Shown here piece after piece: positions 1-9,208 of a stretch of DNA of 64,000 nucleotides. The DNA comes from Armatimonadota bacterium (GTDB lineage Bacteria; Armatimonadota; Fimbriimonadia; Fimbriimonadales; Fimbriimonadaceae). The translations under genes and the position numbers were made by a program. The DNA is taken from assembly GCA_031400935.1 (NCBI GenBank), contig JANNQV010000028.1:62001-126000 (forward strand). Reading direction: 5' to 3'. Positions within the stretch are counted from its first letter, which is position 1. Each line of letters starts with the position of its first letter. The notes under the pieces were generated by a model. It searched no databases and was not told the DNA's origin. It worked only from the letters and a program-made list of their open reading frames with translations.

Positions 1-697
1 CGAGAACCACCCATGCCGGTACGAGAGTCCAGTTCTGGTTAGTTGCTCGCGATCCTAAATCAAACAGTCCAACTTGTGGCAGGAGGTTTGAAACACTTGT
101 GTAGAGCCATGCCAAATCGGGACTGCCAAGAGCCGCCATTGTAAGCCCTCGAAGCATCATTGACGAACCAAAGAGGAGTACAAGGCTCAGGGTTGTTGCC
201 GCTGCGGGCGTGAGATATGCGCTTAAAGCGAGTGAAAATGCACAAACTAGAACGAGTCCCATCATTTTGCAAATAGCGTATTGAATGAGAATCAATTCGA
301 ACGTCACGCCAAAGGTGAACAGGGCAATCGCAACCATCGCAGCCAACAATGAGAATGAAATCCAGCTAACAGCAACCGCCCCAAGAAACTTGCCAAATAG
401 AAAATCAAAGCGGCTAACCGGACGTGCGAGCAACGGATACAGCGTTCGATTCTTGATCTCATCTGGCAGCATTCGGCTAGAAGCGAGCACTGCCAGAACC
501 GTCGAAAAGATACTCAGAACAGTAAGTCCTAGGTCTTTCGCAAAGAGTTCCAAGCCCGAAAACCCAAAGAAACCGAGTGCTCCTGCCGACAGAATTGTCA
601 GCAAACCTAGAATTGCGACGACCCAAATGTCCTTTCGTCGAACCGATTCGAGAACAACTCCACGTGCCAATGCCTTCCAAATCAACAATTTCTTCAC
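1..697 (-). CDS. ABC-2 type transporter permease (3' end runs off window)
   Basis: Manual translation from a GTG overlapping the upstream stop: MKKLLIWKALARGVVLESVRRKDIWVVAILGLL...LPDEIKNRTLYPLLARPVSRFDFLFGKFLG, the typical ABC-2 permease motif. Not in the ORF track because it is truncated. Confidence 0.85.
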   Translation of the reverse strand, partial: MKKLLIWKALARGVVLESVRRKDIWVVAILGLLTILSAGALGFFGFSGLELFAKDLGLTVLSIFSTVLAVLASSRMLPDEIKNRTLYPLLARPVSRFDFLFGKFLGAVAVSWISFSLLAAMVAIALFTFGVTFELILIQYAICKMMGLVLVCAFSLALSAYLTPAAATTLSLVLLFGSSMMLRGLTMAALGSPDLAWLYTSVSNLLPQVGLFDLGSRATNQNWTLVPAWVVL

Positions 698-1605
698 GCT
701 GCCACTCCTAACGTTTCTAAGAAATAATCTTCGAGCGAGCCTTGTTCAGCTACAATGTCTGTCACTTTGCCACCGGAAATTTTCACTCGATCTATTGCCT
801 CAATCAATGCATCCTTTGTGGCAAAACTTGCTCGCATATTGCCAGATTCGTCTTCTTCAAATTCCATGGAGAGGTCGAAAAGGCTCGTTTCACCATTGTA
901 TGTTAGTAAGTATTTCGAAAGGGATGCTTCAACCTCTTTGAGGTTTCGCTCTGCAATCAATTTCCCTTTGTCAATGATCAATATTCGATCGCAGATCCGA
1001 CTGACTTCGCTGAGTTCGTGACTTGAGAAAAAGAGCGTGGTTCCCTGTTTGTTTTTTTCCTGAAGCAATGCCCTCAGTTCGCGTCTTCCAATTGGGTCTA
1101 GGCCGCTCGTGACTTCATCGAGAATCAGCAATTCTGGGTTTCCGAGCAAAGACTGAGCAATACCGACGCGTTGGAGCATTCCCTTTGAAAGTGTTCGGTT
1201 CTGTTTTTTCTGACTTCCTTTCAAGCCAACTCGCTCTAAAAGTTCGAAAGTTTCATTTCGAAGCGCCTTCCCTTTCAAGCCTTGCAGTTCTCCGTATAAA
1301 GTGAGTGTTTCGAAAGGGGTGAGGAACGGATAGTACATCGCCACCTCTGGCAAATAGCCGGTTCGGCTCCTGGATTCAATTGAACCAGATTCTGATTCCA
1401 AAACCTTCGCTGAACCTGAATACGGTTCAATAAAGCCCATCAGTACTTTCAGAGTCGAGCTTTTTCCAGCTCCGTTTGGTCCTAAAAATCCGACAATTTC
1501 GCCCTTTTCTACTCCAAATGAGAGCCCTGAGACAGCTTCCACAGGCTTCCCTGATTTCGAGCGATAGCGTACATGGAGCCCTTGACAATTAATTGCAAAA
1601 CTCAT
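694..1605 (-). CDS. ABC transporter ATP-binding protein
   Basis: Walker A GPNGAGKS, signature LSKGM, Walker B LILDE; start moved to MSFAIN. Confidence 0.93.
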   Translation of the reverse strand: MSFAINCQGLHVRYRSKSGKPVEAVSGLSFGVEKGEIVGFLGPNGAGKSSTLKVLMGFIEPYSGSAKVLESESGSIESRSRTGYLPEVAMYYPFLTPFETLTLYGELQGLKGKALRNETFELLERVGLKGSQKKQNRTLSKGMLQRVGIAQSLLGNPELLILDEVTSGLDPIGRRELRALLQEKNKQGTTLFFSSHELSEVSRICDRILIIDKGKLIAERNLKEVEASLSKYLLTYNGETSLFDLSMEFEEDESGNMRASFATKDALIEAIDRVKISGGKVTDIVAEQGSLEDYFLETLGVAA

Positions 1606-1657
1606 TCTAATCTGATAATCGGAAAGTTGAGAAGGAACTTTAGGTTTTTTGGGAACC

Positions 1658-1820
1658 ATTTGGGAGTCCGCGGGCTTGACCGCGCTTTTGCGAACTTGTT
1701 CGGGTTAGCTCGGTTTGGTTCGGGGGTTCGGATTCGTCTGTGACGAAACCGAACAAATCCGAACTAATCCGTACCAATCCGAACGAAGTATGGCGTGGTC
1801 AAGCCCGCGCATTCCCAAAT
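1658..1820. repeat. REPIN-like inverted pair (family A, GGGAGT(G/C)CGC... arms) enclosing a 10-mer ATCCGAAC array
   Basis: Arms 1658-1685 and 1793-1820 are reverse complements (28 nt, 3 mismatches); internal GGTTCGG / AATCCGAAC tandem repeats. Confidence 0.8.
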
Positions 1821-2893
1821 AGTGCCGCAGCCAAAATTCGATGAAAATGATGCGTCCCAATCTCGCGTTTGGGCGAGTATCGGCCCCGATCATAAAACCT
1901 CGAATTCATCCCCTTTTGCACCATTTCGACTACGGCTTCGTCTTCTCTTTCCACTCGATCAAGCGCCCCACCAGCTCCTTCCCACATTTCACTTTCTTTC
2001 CAAACATAGCCGATGAAGGAAACTCGCGTCAGATCGGGAGCAATAGGCCGAACTACGTTTACCGAAAGCCCCCAGGGATAGAAATTCAGCATCAGATTTG
2101 GGAACATCCAAAAGTAATACGCGCTCACATTTTGTCCAAAATCAGGATGATCGCTTGGCAATTCAAATGTCGCTTCGGTTCCTTTTGAAATCCCGACCTG
2201 CAAAACGCCATGGTCCCAAAGCTCGTATCGGTAGTCGTCATACGAAAGCACGGCATTCAAATCGGCGTGGATGTACGGAATGTGGAAGCCTTCCAAATAG
2301 TTGTCGCAATACAAAGCCCAATGCCCTTTCACCATGTAGTCTCGTGTTCTTGCAGGATGATGGAAGAACTCGACAAATGGCAAAAAACCGACTTTGTCTG
2401 CCATCGGTCCGCACCAATCTTCAAATGAGCAACCTGGTGCAATCGAGGCAAAAAGCCACTTTCCCCATTGATGCAAATCAACGCTTTTGAGGTGGTCGGT
2501 TTCGCATGGGAAACCTTCGACGCCTTCAAATTCCGGCATGAACTGAAATTTGCCGTCAAGTCCAAACCGCCTTCCATGATAGCGGCAGCGCAAAGAATTC
2601 TCGACTCCGGCGCCTTCTACAACGATGTTTCCTCGATGCGTGCAGACATTTGAAACGCAGTGAATTTGGTCGTCTCTGTCTCGGGTTAACACTAGGGGCT
2701 CATCCAAAGTGCTTTCAAGAAACGTAAATGGGTGGACTTGCCCTGGCACCTTGACCATATCCGTATCGCCGACAAATTGCCAACTTTTGGCGAATACAGC
2801 TTCCTTGCTTCGCTCGAATTCGTTTGGATCCACGTACCAACTTGCTGGCGGAGTCCAGGCTTTTTCGATTTCAGGGTGAATCTCGAAGGGCAT
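1799..2893 (-). CDS. Rieske non-heme iron oxygenase alpha subunit (choline monooxygenase-like)
   Basis: CTHRG...CRYHG Rieske motif, DNYLEGFHIPYIH mononuclear iron motif; start moved to MPFEIH. Confidence 0.9.
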   Translation of the reverse strand: MPFEIHPEIEKAWTPPASWYVDPNEFERSKEAVFAKSWQFVGDTDMVKVPGQVHPFTFLESTLDEPLVLTRDRDDQIHCVSNVCTHRGNIVVEGAGVENSLRCRYHGRRFGLDGKFQFMPEFEGVEGFPCETDHLKSVDLHQWGKWLFASIAPGCSFEDWCGPMADKVGFLPFVEFFHHPARTRDYMVKGHWALYCDNYLEGFHIPYIHADLNAVLSYDDYRYELWDHGVLQVGISKGTEATFELPSDHPDFGQNVSAYYFWMFPNLMLNFYPWGLSVNVVRPIAPDLTRVSFIGYVWKESEMWEGAGGALDRVEREDEAVVEMVQKGMNSRFYDRGRYSPKREIGTHHFHRILAAALFGNARA

Positions 2894-2921
2894 GAGGAGA
2901 TTATGATGGATGGTTCGTTTT

Positions 2922-3030
2922 GGGAGTGCGCCGACCATGTCGGCGCTTTTAGCACATTTTAAAAATAACTGCGGAAACTAATTTATTTTGGGATTCCAAT
3001 AGAAAGCGCCGACATGGTCGGCGCACTCCC
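2922..3030. repeat. REPIN-like element (family A), perfect 28-bp inverted arms
   Basis: GGGAGTGCGCCGACCATGTCGGCGCTTT (2922-2949) and its exact reverse complement (3003-3030) around an AT-rich spacer; each arm has an internal GCGCCGAC/GTCGGCGC hairpin. Confidence 0.9.
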
Positions 3031-3055
3031 TCCCCCAAAAAAGCACTCCCAAAAC

Positions 3056-3772
3056 TCACAAAATCCCCTTCGGAGGCATCAAAATGACTTCATCTACCGT
3101 TCGGTCGGCAGGCAAATGAATCAGATCCCGAATGGTTTCGCCAATGGCCTTTGGAGCTAGCATGTCTCGCCTATCTGGCGCCAGTTCAAGCGAATCCCAA
3201 ATGGCAGTATCGGTTGCCCCAACAGTCAGCGAAGTGCAATGAATTCCAAACTTCCGATACTCGACATTTAACGTCTCGCCGAATTTTCGAAGTCCTGCTT
3301 TCGCCGTTGAATACGCACTCAATCCAAAAAATGTGTGCTGCGCGGCGATGCTCAAAACATTCACGATTCGCCCTCCGCCTTGTTCTCTCATGGGTCCAAT
3401 CAGACGGTGGCAGATTCGCATCGGCGCAATGAGCATGAGGTCCATCATTTCTTGAACGTCATGCCAGTGCATATCATGAAAGGAGCCGACTCCTAAGTTT
3501 CCGGCAGCATTAACTACCGCCAACTTTGACTCCAAGTTCTTGACCGCAAAATCCTCGCAAACTTTGTCGAGCTGAACAGGAACGGTTAGATCAACTGCCC
3601 GAAAATGTGCCTCCGCTCCTCGGCGAATGCACTCTTGAGCTAGGGCATCAATTGGATCTTCCCTTCGTGCGACAAAGTACAAATTTGTGCCGGGTTGAGC
3701 TAATTCAAGAGCAGTTGCCTTGCCGATCCCCGAACTTGCCCCCGTTATAAATATCGCCGTTGGCCTATCCAC
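3056..3772 (-). CDS. SDR family oxidoreductase
   Basis: TGASSGIG, NAAG, YSTAK catalytic motif; GTG start overlapping the upstream gene end. Confidence 0.9.
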   Translation of the reverse strand: MDRPTAIFITGASSGIGKATALELAQPGTNLYFVARREDPIDALAQECIRRGAEAHFRAVDLTVPVQLDKVCEDFAVKNLESKLAVVNAAGNLGVGSFHDMHWHDVQEMMDLMLIAPMRICHRLIGPMREQGGGRIVNVLSIAAQHTFFGLSAYSTAKAGLRKFGETLNVEYRKFGIHCTSLTVGATDTAIWDSLELAPDRRDMLAPKAIGETIRDLIHLPADRTVDEVILMPPKGIL

Positions 3773-4586
3773 GTGTGACCTCAAAAATGTTTCTCGCCGT
3801 TTCTTGCAAGCGAACCTTTTCGAGAACACCGGGGACTTTTCCTTCTAATTGATCCCAAATGGCCAAGGCAACAATCTCCGAGGTTGGGTTCATTCCAGCC
3901 AGTTCTGGAACATCGCAGTTTAAGTGCTTGTGGTCATATCTGTCCACAACTCGAGATTCAACCACACGATCTAGTTCGCCTAAGTCGGCGAGGAATCCAG
4001 TTTGAGGGTCTGGTGAACCTGAAAGTGTCACATCCAAAATATAGTTGTGCCCATGCCCTGCCGGGTTGTTGCACTTTCCATAAAGCTCAAGATTTTGAGC
4101 CTCAGACATTTCAGGAACATGAAGCCGGTGTGCAGCGGCAAATTCGTAGCTTCGAGTAATCGTCATTTTGTTTTTCAACTTATCTAATTCGGCGAATAGA
4201 CCAGGCATTTCCTCTAATTTCAAATGAGAGACTTCGACTCCGGGAGCGATTTCGACCAGTTTTGAATCTATGAACTTCAATAGGTTTTCGAGGCAAGGCG
4301 CAACATTTCGGAATTCTTGAATCTCATCGTTGATGCTTTTCTGATTAAACAAGGTGACGATTCGATCATTCAGAATGTCGTCCAAATCCTTGATATTGAT
4401 AACCATTCCATTTTTCGAATCAACAAAGCCCTGGATCGAGCAATAAAGAACGTAGTTGTGGCCATGGTTGAATGGCGAAGCCAATGAGCCAAAAATCTTT
4501 CTGTTCTCTTCCGCAGATGCATCGGAAAACCAATAGCGATGCCCGCTGGAAAAAGTCACTCTGCGGGTCAATGTTACGGGTTTCAT
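3765..4586 (-). CDS. Tandem-domain 6-pyruvoyl-tetrahydropterin synthase (PTPS/QueD family)
   Basis: Two T-fold repeats: FSSGHR...HGHNY and FAAAHRL...GKCNNPAGHGHNY...ETARN. Confidence 0.9.
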   Translation of the reverse strand: MKPVTLTRRVTFSSGHRYWFSDASAEENRKIFGSLASPFNHGHNYVLYCSIQGFVDSKNGMVINIKDLDDILNDRIVTLFNQKSINDEIQEFRNVAPCLENLLKFIDSKLVEIAPGVEVSHLKLEEMPGLFAELDKLKNKMTITRSYEFAAAHRLHVPEMSEAQNLELYGKCNNPAGHGHNYILDVTLSGSPDPQTGFLADLGELDRVVESRVVDRYDHKHLNCDVPELAGMNPTSEIVALAIWDQLEGKVPGVLEKVRLQETARNIFEVTRG

Positions 4587-4644
4587 GTTTTCTTCATTCT
4601 AGTATGGATGGCATGGAACGCGGAATTCATTCCATCCTGCGCCT

Positions 4645-5508
4645 CTATCTGTACTTCCGAAACGGCTGCCCTAACGCCTCCGGCCCCGCCGCCCCTTTAC
4701 CTACGACAATCAACACTAATAAAGCTGCAACATAAGGCATTGCCAACAGCAGCCGAAACGGAATGTCCCATCCCTTCGACTGCGCGAGAAACTGGATTGA
4801 TTCAAGCCAGCCAATTAGCAAACACGACGTCAGAACCCACTGAGGCTTCCACCGGCCAAAGGTAACCATAGCAATCGCAACAAATCCTCTTCCCTGAGTC
4901 ATGTTTTCAGAAAACGAACCCGCAATCCCAATTGAAAGTTCTGCGCCAGCAATCCCAGCCAAAATGCCGCCAATTGCAAGAGCAACGAATCGAACCTTCC
5001 TTACAGATACGCGAGCGGATTCAGCCGCTTCAGGGTATTCGCCACAAGCTCTCAGCGAAAGCCCCCATTTTGTCTTATATAGCAAAAATCCAAAAACTGG
5101 CACCAAGAGCACGGAAAACGCCATCACAAAATCAATTCCGCCCCATTTCGGCAATACAGGTGCGCCCGCCGAAGAGCCTGTCATGCCGAATTGGTTTTGA
5201 TACAGATAGGCAGTTACTCCCAATGACAAAAATATCATCGCAATGCCAACTACGACCTGATCCGCTAGAAGGTCAATAGCAAGCTTTCCAATGATAAGTG
5301 CCATTATAAGCCCAGCACCTGCTCCGAAGATTAAGCCTAGCCATGGGTTACCTGTCACCGAACTAATGGCGAACGCCGTGAACGCACCAACTAGCATTTG
5401 TCCTTCCAATCCTATATTCAAAATTCCAGATCGTTGGACTATGACGTCGCCCATCGCCGCACAAAGAATTGGCGTTGAAAACAGCCAAACTGCGATCCAA
5501 TCAATCAT
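4645..5508 (-). CDS. Nucleoside ABC transporter permease
   Basis: SGILNIGLEG, LRACGEYPEAA, GRGFVAIA motifs. Confidence 0.9.
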   Translation of the reverse strand: MIDWIAVWLFSTPILCAAMGDVIVQRSGILNIGLEGQMLVGAFTAFAISSVTGNPWLGLIFGAGAGLIMALIIGKLAIDLLADQVVVGIAMIFLSLGVTAYLYQNQFGMTGSSAGAPVLPKWGGIDFVMAFSVLLVPVFGFLLYKTKWGLSLRACGEYPEAAESARVSVRKVRFVALAIGGILAGIAGAELSIGIAGSFSENMTQGRGFVAIAMVTFGRWKPQWVLTSCLLIGWLESIQFLAQSKGWDIPFRLLLAMPYVAALLVLIVVGKGAAGPEALGQPFRKYR

Positions 5509-6526
5509 TGGTTACTCCAGCCACTTGACGGCGCTCGCTCACAGCCTTGCCAATGACGAAGAGAATTACCGCGACGGCCTGAACGACATAAACAATAGCG
5601 GCACCCGAAGGAGTGTAACGAGACAATTGATCAGAACCCGCAAAAAGAGCACCGAAAAGCACAGCGGAAGTAGCAGTGCCCAGTGGATTCAGCAATCCAA
5701 CGAGCGCAACTGGAATTCCCAGAAATCCCCAATTTTGGCTAAATCCTGCATCAACTGTTCCGGTGATTCCTTGGTAATTCAGCGAAGCCGCCAATCCGCA
5801 AAGTCCGCCAGAAATCAGCATCGCGATATGCTGGCTTCGCGCGACATTCCAACCCGATGCCCGCGCAACGCCTTCATTCGATCCGATTACTCGAACGCGA
5901 AAGCCTTCATAAGTTCGGAAAAGCCAAATTGCAATTCCAATGCAAGCAACAAGAGAAAGCAAAATTCCAAGATGAAAATCCGTTTGTCGGTCTGGACGAA
6001 AAAACATCACGGAATCTGGCAGCGAAGCGGTCTGCGGCAATTGGTGATTAGGCTCTTGAAGTGGGCCCGTAACAGCCCAACCAAGCAAATGAACTGCTAT
6101 AAAGTTCAGCAAGATCGTTGAAATTACAAGCGGAACTCCGCGTTTGACCCATAGCCAACTTGCGAATCCGGCATAGAGAGATCCTCCAAGTACTGCCCCT
6201 AGTACCATCGTAACTTGCAGGATAATTCCGGGTGATATCGGTACGAAAGCATAAGCGGCGGAAGCGAACATGCCGCCCATTAGCATTTGTCCTTCGCCGC
6301 CAATATTGTAAAGCCCGGCTCTCCAAGCTACGACAACGGCTAGGCCTGTTAATAGAATTGGACCCGCGATTGCCAGCGTTCTTGCTATGCCAAATTTCCC
6401 TCCAAATGCTCCTTGGCCGAGTAGCGAGAACGATTCAAGAATTGGAAGTTGAAAGACAAACAAAACTCCTGCAATTACGCAAAGAAAGGCAAGCAATCCA
6501 ATCACGATCAGGGGCAGTTTCTTCAT
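5501..6526 (-). CDS. Nucleoside ABC transporter permease
   Basis: RAGLYNIGGEGQ, GFLGIPVALVG motifs. Confidence 0.9.
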   Translation of the reverse strand: MKKLPLIVIGLLAFLCVIAGVLFVFQLPILESFSLLGQGAFGGKFGIARTLAIAGPILLTGLAVVVAWRAGLYNIGGEGQMLMGGMFASAAYAFVPISPGIILQVTMVLGAVLGGSLYAGFASWLWVKRGVPLVISTILLNFIAVHLLGWAVTGPLQEPNHQLPQTASLPDSVMFFRPDRQTDFHLGILLSLVACIGIAIWLFRTYEGFRVRVIGSNEGVARASGWNVARSQHIAMLISGGLCGLAASLNYQGITGTVDAGFSQNWGFLGIPVALVGLLNPLGTATSAVLFGALFAGSDQLSRYTPSGAAIVYVVQAVAVILFVIGKAVSERRQVAGVTND

Positions 6527-7950
6527 GAAGTTGCACCTGAAACGGCTTCTTTCAAACTGTCTCTCAACTTGCCTTGAGACATGAAGATTGTACAGTCGGC
6601 AAGCGCGCTCAGCTCATCCAAGTCGGTAGAAAAAACGAGAACCGCGACGCCAGATTCGGCTGCTTCGATCAGTTTGCGATGGACATCGAGGGTGGCACGA
6701 ACATCGAGGCCGCGAGTTGGATTGACCGCGACAATGACTATCGGTTTTTGTTCAAGAATTCGGGCGATAATGGCCTTTTGTTGATTTCCCCCGCTAAGTG
6801 TGCGAATTGGGTCGTCCATAGACGACGTTCGAACGTCGTACTTTTCAATCCAGCCTTTCGCTTCCGATTTAAGTTCTCGCAACGGAATGAGGCCTCGCTT
6901 TTCCCGACCAGCAGCGCCAATAAGCAGGTTTTCAAGAACGCTCATTTGTAATGCCAAACCATTTCGATGCCTGTCCTGGGGGATGTAAGCAACACTCTCA
7001 AAGGGTTCGCCTTTGCTTCCTGGAAAAGTCATTCCGCCGCGAAATGAGCGAATGCCAGCCACTGCTTCAGCCAGTTCCACTTGTCCGTTGCCGTCAACTC
7101 CGCCAATTCCAACAATCTCGCCCCGATTTATCGAAAGAGAGACACCGCAAACTGCTTCATTTCCACGGTCGGCATTTACATATACATTGTTCAAGACGAC
7201 GCTTCCTTCGTGAAAAATTGGCTCACGTTTTTTCAACCCCGAAGGAAATTCGCCAACCATCCACGACGCCACTTGTTCAACGTTTACGTTCGAAGTAGGC
7301 TCGGAGGCAACGACTTTTCCATTTCGGAGCACCGTGATTTGATCGGCGACGGACATGACTTCGGACAATTTGTGAGCGATCAAAACAATTGTTTTGCCAA
7401 TAGCGCACAAATCCTTGAGCCGAAGCATCAAATCTTCAACTTCGGCAGGTGAAAGCACCGCGGTAGGCTCATCAAGGACGAGTATTGACTTGTCTTCTGC
7501 TAGGGCTTTTACAATTTCGATTCGTTGTTGCATTCCTACGGAGAGGTCACGAATCAAGGTCTCTAGAGGCAATTCCCATCCAAGTTCCTCTGCGATCTTT
7601 GCTTCGTTTTCGATGCTTGGAAGCATTGTTCCTGGAGTTCGATTTGAAGCTGAAAGCTGCAAATTTTCTCGAACGGATAATGCTGGAACCAGCATGAAGT
7701 GCTGATGCACCATCGCAACTGAATCCGCGGTGCCTATATCGGCATTTGGTGCAGAAATGGAACCTGAATCAGCTTTCAAATTCCCTGCAAGAATGTTGAC
7801 GAGCGTGGATTTGCCAGCTCCGTTTTCTCCGACTATTGCGTGAATCTGCCCTTCTAACAAGGCGATTGTGACGTCGTCAAGTGCTTGAACACTGCCATAT
7901 TTCTTGCTCAACGAGCTTGCTTCGAGGGCAATGGATTGGGAGGTGTTCAT
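6523..7950 (-). CDS. Nucleoside/sugar ABC transporter ATP-binding protein (two NBDs)
   Basis: GENGAGKST, MVHQHFML, LSGGNQQK; the ORF-track N-terminus MPTANCPPPTAN is repeat-derived and was excluded. Confidence 0.92.
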   Translation of the reverse strand: MNTSQSIALEASSLSKKYGSVQALDDVTIALLEGQIHAIVGENGAGKSTLVNILAGNLKADSGSISAPNADIGTADSVAMVHQHFMLVPALSVRENLQLSASNRTPGTMLPSIENEAKIAEELGWELPLETLIRDLSVGMQQRIEIVKALAEDKSILVLDEPTAVLSPAEVEDLMLRLKDLCAIGKTIVLIAHKLSEVMSVADQITVLRNGKVVASEPTSNVNVEQVASWMVGEFPSGLKKREPIFHEGSVVLNNVYVNADRGNEAVCGVSLSINRGEIVGIGGVDGNGQVELAEAVAGIRSFRGGMTFPGSKGEPFESVAYIPQDRHRNGLALQMSVLENLLIGAAGREKRGLIPLRELKSEAKGWIEKYDVRTSSMDDPIRTLSGGNQQKAIIARILEQKPIVIVAVNPTRGLDVRATLDVHRKLIEAAESGVAVLVFSTDLDELSALADCTIFMSQGKLRDSLKEAVSGATS

Positions 7951-7965
7951 TGTGACGTGAAGGAT

Positions 7966-8063
7966 GTTGGCAGTTGGCGGTGGGCAGTTGGCAGTGGGCA
8001 ATTTCCGATCTCAACTGTTCACTTTTGAATCAATACAAAATCCAAAATCCAAAATCCAAAATG
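7966..8063. repeat. Chimeric heptamer element: (GTKGGCR)x5 ... (CAAAATC)x4
   Basis: Five heptamers 7966-8000; four heptamers 8036-8063 abutting the BMP gene stop. Confidence 0.9.
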
Positions 8064-8064
8064 C

Positions 8065-9066
8065 CTAAAACTCATCCTTTGGAACAATCTTCACACCCGC
8101 CTTGATGTCATCGCGCATTTTGATGACTTTCTCGACCACGCCTTCTGGCAGTTTCGCGCTCGATTCGCCGTTCAGAATGAAATCAATTGCATCCGCTTCC
8201 ATTCCCATGAGCACGATTTCTCCCGTAAACGAGCCAGCTTGAACCCTTTGCGCCAACTTCAAAAAGGCAGGCTTAGCATTGATTACCGCGCTGCCGATGA
8301 TGATTCCGCTTGGATCGTTGTTTTGGTCGAGATTCGCCCCAAATGCCCAAACTCCCTTTTCTTTGCAAGCCGCGAAAACTCCATCTGCTGCGGCATTGGC
8401 CTGATGAATTACAAAATCAGCACCCTCTTGGATGGCGGTTAGAGTTGCCAATTTTGCCTTCGCGTCGTCCTGCCCGCTTCCCGTAAAGATTTCCTTGACA
8501 ACAATTCTGGGGTTTGCAAATAGGGCTCCAGCTTTGAAGGCTTTGAAAGTCGAACGGATCGAGGGCACGTCATCGCCGCCGATCATCACAACGACTCCGG
8601 TCTTACTCGAAAGGCCAGCCAAGTAGCCGGCGACGTAAAAACCTTGCTCCAAATAAAACCTGAATGCTCCGACGTTCGCCGCTGTTTTCCCTCCCGAACT
8701 GGACACGAAAACGGTGTCAGGGAAATCTTTTGCGACCTCTATTGCGGGTTCGTTGTACTCAAATCCGTGCCCAAAAACTAGCTTGTAGCCTTGCTGAGCA
8801 TACGAACGCATCGAATCCTTGATCTTCGCTCCCCCAGCCTCTTGATTGCTGACGGTCGCATTCATTTCCGATTCGATGCTCTTCAATCCATCGTAAGCCA
8901 TCGCGCTCCAACCCGCATCGCTAACTGGGCCGGGAGTAAGAAGGGCGACTTTGAATCCAGATTCGGTAGATTTGGATTCAGAAGTAGCGGATTCAGTTGT
9001 TGGTGGTGTGCCACAGGCAGAAATCGCCAAGGCAGCGAAAGCGGAAATAGCAGGCCAAAGTTTCAT
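8065..9066 (-). CDS. BMP family nucleoside-binding lipoprotein
   Basis: Lipobox ISAC, GPVSDAGW, FGHGFEY, EQGFYVAGYLAG. Confidence 0.92.
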   Translation of the reverse strand: MKLWPAISAFAALAISACGTPPTTESATSESKSTESGFKVALLTPGPVSDAGWSAMAYDGLKSIESEMNATVSNQEAGGAKIKDSMRSYAQQGYKLVFGHGFEYNEPAIEVAKDFPDTVFVSSSGGKTAANVGAFRFYLEQGFYVAGYLAGLSSKTGVVVMIGGDDVPSIRSTFKAFKAGALFANPRIVVKEIFTGSGQDDAKAKLATLTAIQEGADFVIHQANAAADGVFAACKEKGVWAFGANLDQNNDPSGIIIGSAVINAKPAFLKLAQRVQAGSFTGEIVLMGMEADAIDFILNGESSAKLPEGVVEKVIKMRDDIKAGVKIVPKDEF

Positions 9067-9091
9067 GTTTGAATTCTACCGGGGGATGTGC

Positions 9092-9206
9092 AGGGTTTAG
9101 GGACTAGGGACTAGGGTTTAGGGTTTGTGGTTTTGTGTCTAAGCTAAAGGAATCTCCAGCCACTTGCCAACCACTTGCGAACCACTTGCGAACCACCTGC
9201 GAACCC
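9092..9206. repeat. Chimeric element: (AGGGTTT/AGGGACT)x5 ... (AACCACTTGCG)x4
   Basis: GGG tracts every 7 nt at 9093-9123; four 11-mers 9158-9201. Confidence 0.9.
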
Positions 9207-9208
9207 GT

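Noticed and set aside
285..6121. Long plus-strand ORFs (285-941, 5291-6121 etc.)
   Set aside because: Antisense shadows of well-supported minus-strand transporter genes.
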